Shown here: positions 57,846-64,000 of the stretch, piece by piece
Position numbering within the stretch: the stretch's first letter is position 1
Layout: each line of letters begins with the position of its first letter
NCBI GenBank assembly: GCA_024650005.2
Contig: CP122380.1
Coordinates: 1,856,001 to 1,920,000 of the forward strand
Length of the DNA stretch: 64,000 nt
Direction of reading: 5' to 3'
From: Candidatus Bathyarchaeum tardum
GTDB lineage: Archaea > Thermoproteota > Bathyarchaeia > Bathyarchaeales > Bathyarchaeaceae
The notes under the pieces: generated by a model
What the model saw: the letters and a program-made list of their open reading frames with translations, nothing else
What the model was told of the DNA's origin: nothing
Databases searched by the model: none
Program-made: the position numbers and the translations under genes

Positions 57846-58724
57846 TTAACTTGATGAAGCTCCTTTCTTTTCGGCTTCATCTAATTTTTCGCTCAGGCTT
57901 TGCATTTGCATGTTAGCCTTTCGAATTAGTTCTTCGATAGTATCTGAGTTAATGATGCCTGCACTCATAGCCAAACTGAAGGCTTTCTGGTGAGCCACCT
58001 TAACTAGCATGCTAGTGTTTTCTGCAGTTGGATAAGCTGCTTCCATCGACAAGTTGAAAGCAAACTGGTGAGCTTGCTCGATACTTTGACGGAACTCGTC
58101 AATATCAATTGACAAATCATCTGCAAAAAGGATTACTCCGTCGTCGAAAACTAATTTTAAGCTTAAGCCTACTTCAACTGGTTTTATTCCCAGTTTTGCT
58201 AGTAAACTTGCAAGTTGAGCGCTTATAGGTTCGCCTTTTTTGACGACCATAGTGTCTTTTGAAACGAAAACGCTGCCTGATTCAATTCGGGTACGCAAAC
58301 CCACAGCAGTAAACTGGCTGATGATTGGACCAGGAGGCAATCCAGTGTTTCCAGCAGGAACAGTAACATCAAAAGCAGCCAAGTCGCCAGCACGGGCAGC
58401 GGCTTTTACGCGGCTTTTTTCTAGAAGCATAACGAGCTTGAAAGGATTCAAATTAGTAAACAAATACAAGTTAGGTCCAGTCAAGTGCTCAGCAAGTTTT
58501 TCAATTCCAGCTTTATCGGTGATTTCGGAAACAGCCCTAGAAATGATAGAGTTTTTGACTACCAGCATGTTGGCGTTTTCTTGAAGTTTTTTGCGTAATC
58601 TTTGAAGTTGGGATGCTCGTACTTTTTCCAGACTTGCAATTGCAACTGTATTATATTCTGATAACTGTTGTTTGAGGGCTTGGACTTTTTTAGCTTTTAT
58701 TACAGTAGATGCTCGGACTGCCAT
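57846..58724 (-). CDS. rpl10: 50S ribosomal protein L10 (uL10/P0)
   Basis: TNLNPFKL, ARAG..A..DV.VPAGNTG.PPGP; operon position. Confidence 0.95.
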   Translation of the reverse strand: MAVRASTVIKAKKVQALKQQLSEYNTVAIASLEKVRASQLQRLRKKLQENANMLVVKNSIISRAVSEITDKAGIEKLAEHLTGPNLYLFTNLNPFKLVMLLEKSRVKAAARAGDLAAFDVTVPAGNTGLPPGPIISQFTAVGLRTRIESGSVFVSKDTMVVKKGEPISAQLASLLAKLGIKPVEVGLSLKLVFDDGVILFADDLSIDIDEFRQSIEQAHQFAFNLSMEAAYPTAENTSMLVKVAHQKAFSLAMSAGIINSDTIEELIRKANMQMQSLSEKLDEAEKKGASSS

Positions 58725-58733
58725 GATTTTTCC

Positions 58734-59384
58734 CTACATTGCCACCTTAACTGAGTTACCCATGGAGGTCTTCAAGTAAACTGTCTTGAAGTTTTTGATT
58801 CCTCGTTTGAGTTTTGTTTCAAGTCTTCTTACGATAGTTTGAACGTTTTCAGCAATTTCTGCGTCTGTCATTTCTTCGTTACCTATACGGCACTGAATAA
58901 CGGGTTGATTACGTGTCCGGATGGATACGATTTTTTTGTGTTTCTCAATTTGTTCTTTTATGTCAGCGTTTGGAGCAACGGGAGTAGGCATTTTTCCACG
59001 AGGTCCAAGGGATGCACCCAAGCTTTTACCTACAAGGGCCATCATTGGGGCTTCGGCAATAAAAATGTCATATTCTTTTGCAATGTCTTTTTGTTTTTTC
59101 TTGTCGCCCACTAATGCTTCAAGGGCTGCTTTTTCAAGAACAAAGCTAGCTCCAGCTTTTTTTGCGTTAAAAGCCATCTCGCCGGTCGCAATAACACAAA
59201 CTTTCAAGTCCTTTCCGGCAGCATGAGGAAGTTCGATACGTTCCTGGATTTTGCCTTCGGGTTTCTTCATGTCAATGTTTTGTAAGTTTATGGCGAGGTC
59301 TATAGACTGAGAAAACTTACGTTCATTATTATTACTTTTTACCTCTTTAATCGCTTCGATGAGGTTTTTTTGATTCAATGGCAT
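58734..59384 (-). CDS. rpl1: 50S ribosomal protein L1
   Basis: RKFSQSIDLAINL, LGPRGKMP, KTSMG; start at ATG 59384. Confidence 0.95.
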   Translation of the reverse strand: MPLNQKNLIEAIKEVKSNNNERKFSQSIDLAINLQNIDMKKPEGKIQERIELPHAAGKDLKVCVIATGEMAFNAKKAGASFVLEKAALEALVGDKKKQKDIAKEYDIFIAEAPMMALVGKSLGASLGPRGKMPTPVAPNADIKEQIEKHKKIVSIRTRNQPVIQCRIGNEEMTDAEIAENVQTIVRRLETKLKRGIKNFKTVYLKTSMGNSVKVAM

Positions 59385-59447
59385 TCTATGAGCCTCGCGC
59401 CAATGACGTAACAAGAGCCAGTTATAAAAATCTTATTACTCGAAAGA

Positions 59448-59933
59448 TTACTCCGCCAATAAGGCGTCGTGTTTTCCTGAGTCGATTTCTTTTTGAACTT
59501 CGCGGGGATCTTTGCCTTCCACAGTTACGCCCATGCTTACGCCAGTGCCTAAGACTTCTTTGACAGCAGCCTTAAGGGTGCTACCCAAGACATCTTCTTT
59601 TTTCATCTTAGCGATTTTAACTGCTTGTTCTAGAGTTATGTTTCCAATTTTTTCTGTGTTAGGAACACCAGAACCTTTGGATACTCCAATCTCGCTAACA
59701 AGTAACGCAGCAGTTGGTGGAGTGCCTACGCTAACTTCAAATTCTTTGGTTTCGGTGTCAACACTGATTTTTACTGGAACTTTCATGCCAGAGAAATCTT
59801 TTGTTACTTCATTGATTTTGTTTACAATAGCTAGAACGTTAACTCCTAAAGGACCCAGAGCAGGCCCAAGGGGAGGTCCAGCGGTAGCTTTTCCGCCGCT
59901 TACTAAGGATTCAACTATTTTCAGTTCGCCCAT
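59448..59933 (-). CDS. rpl11: 50S ribosomal protein L11
   Basis: [22 protein letters not shown]. Confidence 0.97.
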   Translation of the reverse strand: MGELKIVESLVSGGKATAGPPLGPALGPLGVNVLAIVNKINEVTKDFSGMKVPVKISVDTETKEFEVSVGTPPTAALLVSEIGVSKGSGVPNTEKIGNITLEQAVKIAKMKKEDVLGSTLKAAVKEVLGTGVSMGVTVEGKDPREVQKEIDSGKHDALLAE

Positions 59934-59936
59934 GGT

Positions 59937-60413
59937 TTATTCTTCCTTTTTTGATTTTTCAACAAGTTTCACATAGTCTGCGTGAACTGTGATTGGTAAA
60001 GTGAATGTGGCCTCCAACAATTCAAGGGTAACATCTTCTTTTGCTTTGTCGACCCTTGTGATTTTTGCCCGCATTCCCTTGAAGGGACCTCCGATAACTT
60101 CAACGAGGTCTTCTTCGTCAAGTTCTTCGATTACAGGTTTTACTACGATGTACCTTTCGACTTCTGGAAAAGTAACAACACCTGGAACACGAGATCTAAC
60201 GTGCCTAACTCCTGTGATTCCTTTTTCCACAGAATGAGGTCCGTCAGCTTCGATGAAAACATAGCCTTTCAGCATTTCAGGAACTAGGATTGACTTGATT
60301 TGTAAGTCATTCATTTTGACTTTTGCTTCGATAAGGTTTGCCACGTTTTTTTCTTGACCTGCAGTAGTGCGTACGGCGAATACTGCAGTTTTTTGTCTAG
60401 GTTCTTCAGACAT
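59937..60413 (-). CDS. spt5: Transcription elongation factor Spt5
   Basis: TTAGQE, KGY.FIE, GPFKG KOW motif. Confidence 0.95.
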   Translation of the reverse strand: MSEEPRQKTAVFAVRTTAGQEKNVANLIEAKVKMNDLQIKSILVPEMLKGYVFIEADGPHSVEKGITGVRHVRSRVPGVVTFPEVERYIVVKPVIEELDEEDLVEVIGGPFKGMRAKITRVDKAKEDVTLELLEATFTLPITVHADYVKLVEKSKKEE

Positions 60414-60425
60414 AATTTTTCAACT

Positions 60426-60590
60426 CTATCGTATTACTGTGCCCAGAAGCTGGATAATGTATCCGATTCCACCGATTACAAGAATGCCTAAAAAGCATAT
60501 CTTTATCGAGAGCCACAGCTCGGTTCTGCCAGGTTTTTTGGCAAGTTTTAGCAATCTTGATGCTGATTCGAAGAATGATTTAAGTCCCAA
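60426..60590 (-). CDS. secE: Protein translocase SecE/Sec61-gamma (54 aa; absent from the ORF track)
   Basis: MGLKSFFESASRLLKLAKKPGRTELWLSIKICFLGILVIGGIGYIIQLLGTVIR; canonical position before spt5. Confidence 0.9.
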   Translation of the reverse strand: MGLKSFFESASRLLKLAKKPGRTELWLSIKICFLGILVIGGIGYIIQLLGTVIR

Positions 60591-60776
60591 TGTTCCTCGC
60601 CCCTTTCAAATTAGGTTCTAATATGTAAACTTATCTCCAACACTAAAATGTTGCTCACATAATTTTTGGATCCTTGGAGACTTTAGTTTTTTGTCTAAAA
60701 ATGTATGCAAACAAAAATACAGGTTAAGCAAACATTTTCGGTATGGATATTAAGCAGTTTTTACCCAAGTCCTAGC

Positions 60777-62561
60777 ATGGTCATAGATTCAAAAAAACTC
60801 AAAAAGCTGTACTTGGAGTTTTTCACCCGAAATAATCACAGTTTGATTCCTAATTCGCCTCTTATTCCAGAGTACGACCCAACTGTTTTGTTCACTCCCG
60901 CGGGTATGCATCCCCTTATTCCACATTTTTTGGGTCAGCCTCATCCTCTGGGGAAACGATTGACTAACGTGCAACGGTGTTTTAGAACCGGAGACATCGA
61001 ATGTGTTGGGGACAGTTCTCACATGACCTTTTTTGAAATGCTCGGCAATTGGTCTTTAGGTGATTACTTCAAAAAAGAAGCCATCAGCTTAAGCTACGAG
61101 TTTTTGACAAACAAGCAGTGGTTGAATCTTGACAAAAAACTTGTGTCAGTAACAGTTTTTGAGGGAGACCAAAACGCCCCCAAAGACACAGAAAGTTACG
61201 AAGCATGGAGCAGCCAAGGGGTTGCAGATGACCACATCTATTTTTTGGGCAAAGAAGACAACTGGTGGGGTCCAGTAGGCAACACAGGTCCTTGCGGTCC
61301 ATGCACGGAAATGTTTTACGACACAGGAAAAGAGCCCTGCGGTCCATCCTGTAGACCAGGTTGTTCTTGTGGCAAATATTTTGAGCTTTGGAACGATGTA
61401 TTCATGGAGTATAACAGGACTCCTGAAGGCTGTTACGAGTTACTCAAGCAAAAAAACGTTGACACCGGCATGGGCGTAGAACATACAGCAGCTATGCTAG
61501 AAGGAAAACAGAACGTTTTCCAGATTGGAGTAGTTAGGCCAATAGCACAAAAAGTTGAAGACCTTGCTTCCATTAGCTCTCCAACTGCTGCAGAAGAACG
61601 TTCCATCAGAATCATTACGGATCATGTTCGGGCGTCTACCTTCTTTTTGGGAGACGAAAGAGGTGTAAAGCCAACTAACACTGACAGGGGCTATGTTTTG
61701 CGTCGATTAATTCGTCGTGCCATACGGTTTGGGCGAGTGCTTGGCATTGAGCAGGATTTTTTGACTGACCTTGCGGGCATTGTTATTGAGATTAACAAGG
61801 ATGATTATCCCCTTCTTGAAGAAAAGCAAGCCAGCATATTCGAGGAGTTAAGCAAAGAAGAAACAAAATTCAAACGGACGTTAGAGAAAGGATTACGAAA
61901 GTTCAATCAGATTTCTGAAAGATGTTCAAAAATTGATGGCAAAAACGCGTTTTTGCTTTTCCAAAGTTTTGGTTTTCCTATCGAGTTAACTAAAGAGTTG
62001 GCAGAAGAAAAGGGCGTAGAAATCGACGAAAAAGAGTTCCAGCAAGAGTACGAGTGTCACCAGAAAGTTTCAGCTGCTAGTGCAAAGAAGTTATTCAAGG
62101 GTGGTTTGAGTGACGCATCAGAACAAACCAAGAAGCTTCATACTGCGACTCATTTATTGAATGAAGCTTTGCGTGTTGTTTTGAAAAACAAAGATATTGT
62201 TCAGCGGGGCTCAAACATTACTCCTGAGCGGTTGCGGTTTGATTTCAATTACGACCGTGCATTAACTCCTGAAGAGGTTGCTGCTGTTGAAGCGTTGGTT
62301 AATGAGCAAATCCAGAAAGCTTTGCCAGTTGTAAGAAAAGAAATGTCAGTTGAAGAAGCAAAAAAGAAAGGTGCTCAAGCAATCTTTGACGACAAATACG
62401 GTAACACGGTGTCAGTTTACTCAGCAGGAGATTTCTGCACTGAAATCTGCGGCGGACCCCATGTATGCAACACCAAAGAGTTAGGCAAATTCAAAATAGT
62501 AAAACAAAAAGGCATCGCAGCAGGCGTTAGAAGAATTCGCGCGGTACTAAAAAAGTGCTAA
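60777..62561 (+). CDS. alaS: Alanine--tRNA ligase (short form without C-Ala domain)
   Basis: LFT.AGM, H.TFFEMLGNWS.GDYFK, DTGMG.E, DH.R, HTATH, CGGPH, AAGVRRI. Confidence 0.93.
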   Translation: MVIDSKKLKKLYLEFFTRNNHSLIPNSPLIPEYDPTVLFTPAGMHPLIPHFLGQPHPLGKRLTNVQRCFRTGDIECVGDSSHMTFFEMLGNWSLGDYFKKEAISLSYEFLTNKQWLNLDKKLVSVTVFEGDQNAPKDTESYEAWSSQGVADDHIYFLGKEDNWWGPVGNTGPCGPCTEMFYDTGKEPCGPSCRPGCSCGKYFELWNDVFMEYNRTPEGCYELLKQKNVDTGMGVEHTAAMLEGKQNVFQIGVVRPIAQKVEDLASISSPTAAEERSIRIITDHVRASTFFLGDERGVKPTNTDRGYVLRRLIRRAIRFGRVLGIEQDFLTDLAGIVIEINKDDYPLLEEKQASIFEELSKEETKFKRTLEKGLRKFNQISERCSKIDGKNAFLLFQSFGFPIELTKELAEEKGVEIDEKEFQQEYECHQKVSAASAKKLFKGGLSDASEQTKKLHTATHLLNEALRVVLKNKDIVQRGSNITPERLRFDFNYDRALTPEEVAAVEALVNEQIQKALPVVRKEMSVEEAKKKGAQAIFDDKYGNTVSVYSAGDFCTEICGGPHVCNTKELGKFKIVKQKGIAAGVRRIRAVLKKC

Positions 62562-62800
62562 AAAACAAAGTCATGTTGGCATAAAAAAGGGATTTAACTC
62601 AAACTCGTTAGGATTTGGTTAATTTCCCTTCTTTTGTTCATGTTTCTTCTTTTTGTTTTGGTTCTTTTTTGCTAATGAAGGCAACCCTGTTTCCCCCCTC
62701 AGCGGATTTACTAATTACAATACAAAATTGTCCAATATATTAACTTAACAACAATAAAGGGAGCAGCAGAGACTAACTTTTTAATTTATCCAATTACAAT

Positions 62801-63274
62801 TTATTCAATGAATTTACTTCCAAGGATTAATGCCCATGCATTGATTTTTTCTGGATTAAAATTGTTAAAGATTGTTCGCCCCAGCATTTTTTGTCGACCC
62901 CCAAAGGCTTCTGTACTAATTGGTTTCAAGCCATGATAGTTTCCCAAAACGTCTGTAACGTATTTTGTGCAGGCGTCACGGTATTTTTCAGGGTCTCCGG
63001 CGTCACCGCTGCAAACAAAAAACGCCATTTTTTTGGTGTTGAAGTCTTGTTTAAGAAAGTCTAAAACTTCATCATAGATTTTTCCACTGCGCACTCCCGA
63101 ACCTACAACAATATTATTGTATTCATCAAGGTTTAACAGCTTTTTCTTGTTTTTACGTAAATCAACAACTTCCACATCGAAACTGTATTTGCTTTTCAAC
63201 AAAACAGAAATTATCTGAGAAGCTTCCTTAGTTGCCCCACCTTTACTTGCATAAGCTACCAATATTTTATTCAT
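62801..63274 (-). CDS. Flavodoxin-domain protein (HemG-like)
   Basis: YASKGGATKE FMN loop, VVGS, AFGG. Confidence 0.82.
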   Translation of the reverse strand: MNKILVAYASKGGATKEASQIISVLLKSKYSFDVEVVDLRKNKKKLLNLDEYNNIVVGSGVRSGKIYDEVLDFLKQDFNTKKMAFFVCSGDAGDPEKYRDACTKYVTDVLGNYHGLKPISTEAFGGRQKMLGRTIFNNFNPEKINAWALILGSKFIE

Positions 63275-63410
63275 AAGGGTTATAGCCCCACTCTTTACTG
63301 AATTTACGAAGAATTATATCAATTATCCCAAGTTCTAGTTTAAGAATTATAAATTGATGAAAATACCAGATATTTCAAAAAAGAGGAACGTGAGTTTTGT
63401 TAATAGAAGT

Positions 63411-63578
63411 CTATTCCTTTAGTAGGAATAAGCTCACTGTTGTTAGTATTGTGGAAATTAGTGTTAGCATCCCTAGAACGGGGTGGACATTTGGATATTT
63501 TGTTGCGTCGCAACCTGCAGTTAGTAGGGCAAGAATTATGGGAATTATTGAAAAAATACGGGCAGTTTTCAAATTCAT
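63411..63578 (-). CDS. Small two-TM membrane protein (55 aa; absent from the ORF track)
   Basis: MNLKTARIFSIIPIILALLTAGCDATKYPNVHPVLGMLTLISTILTTVSLFLLKE; GAGGTGA SD. Confidence 0.6.
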   Translation of the reverse strand: MNLKTARIFSIIPIILALLTAGCDATKYPNVHPVLGMLTLISTILTTVSLFLLKE

Positions 63579-63642
63579 ATAATCACCTCGTTAAGTGGTT
63601 AATTCAAGTTACTAGTATCATAGATAAATATATATCTTTTTG

Positions 63643-63663
63643 ATATATAATAAAGTTATATAT
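63643..63663. promoter_or_regulatory. Inverted repeat ATATATAA-N5-TTATATAT, candidate PadR operator or divergent TATA region
   Basis: Perfect 8-bp inverted repeat between the divergent padR-like and small membrane protein genes. Confidence 0.45.
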
Positions 63664-63695
63664 TTGAATGGATAAAATAAAAAGGTGAAACCATT

Positions 63696-64000
63696 ATGGG
63701 AAACACAACCCAATTTCTAATACTCGGAATGCTAAGCAAAGAACCCATGACAGGATACGACATCAAAAAAACAGTAAAAAAAACCAACATGGACTCATTT
63801 TGGGACATCAGCTATGGTCAAATTTATCCCACCTTGCACACTTTGGAAAAAGAGGGGGCAATAACAAAAAAAGTAGAAATAAACCAAAACCGACCTAACC
63901 GGAAAATATACTCCATTACCAGCCAAGGCATAAAAAAACTTCAGGATTGGTTACAAAAACCAGCTGAACCCGAAAAAGTCAAAATTGAAACATTACTTAA
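63696..64000 (+). CDS. PadR-family transcriptional regulator (partial, runs off the window)
   Basis: ILGML...PMTGYDIKK...FW.ISYGQIYPTL..LE..G...RK.Y.IT..G...L..WL; AGGTGA SD. Confidence 0.9.
   Translation, partial: MGNTTQFLILGMLSKEPMTGYDIKKTVKKTNMDSFWDISYGQIYPTLHTLEKEGAITKKVEINQNRPNRKIYSITSQGIKKLQDWLQKPAEPEKVKIETLL

Noticed and set aside
59385-59447. L1 autoregulatory mRNA structure before rpl1
   Set aside because: A TATA-like TTTTATAA is present, but I could not match the L1-binding consensus

Overview
AT-rich archaeal chromosome segment. Gene content (form III RuBisCO with AMP phosphorylase, aCPSF1/FttA, proteasome beta, TBP, a Cren7-like protein, a CdvA-like protein, SepF, PEF-CTERM proteins, many TTG starts) suggests Bathyarchaeia or another TACK lineage; this is inference. 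About 1-21.5 kb and 57.5-62.5 kb are housekeeping genes, including the secE-spt5-rpl11-rpl1-rpl10-rpl12 cluster and alaS. About 21.8-29.5 kb is a redox/signalling region with several Cys-rich microproteins, some missed by the ORF track. About 40.4-57.3 kb is an accessory region centred on one tRNA-Pro(GGG) gene at 47426-47504 (minus strand). On its 3' side lie three copies of the tRNA 3' end and two integrase remnants, with a lone carB and a PEF-CTERM repeat protein as cargo. On its 5' side lie two degenerate copies of the tRNA 5' end and a split integrase, with a P-type ATPase, a KamA-like module and a type II R-M system plus Vsr as cargo. Other oddities: TBP and a methyltransferase that appear to need non-canonical (GTA, ACG) starts, a zinc-ribbon Cren7-like protein, and a CdvA-like protein with a long duplicated acidic tail. 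All family assignments come from motif recognition by eye, not from database searches.
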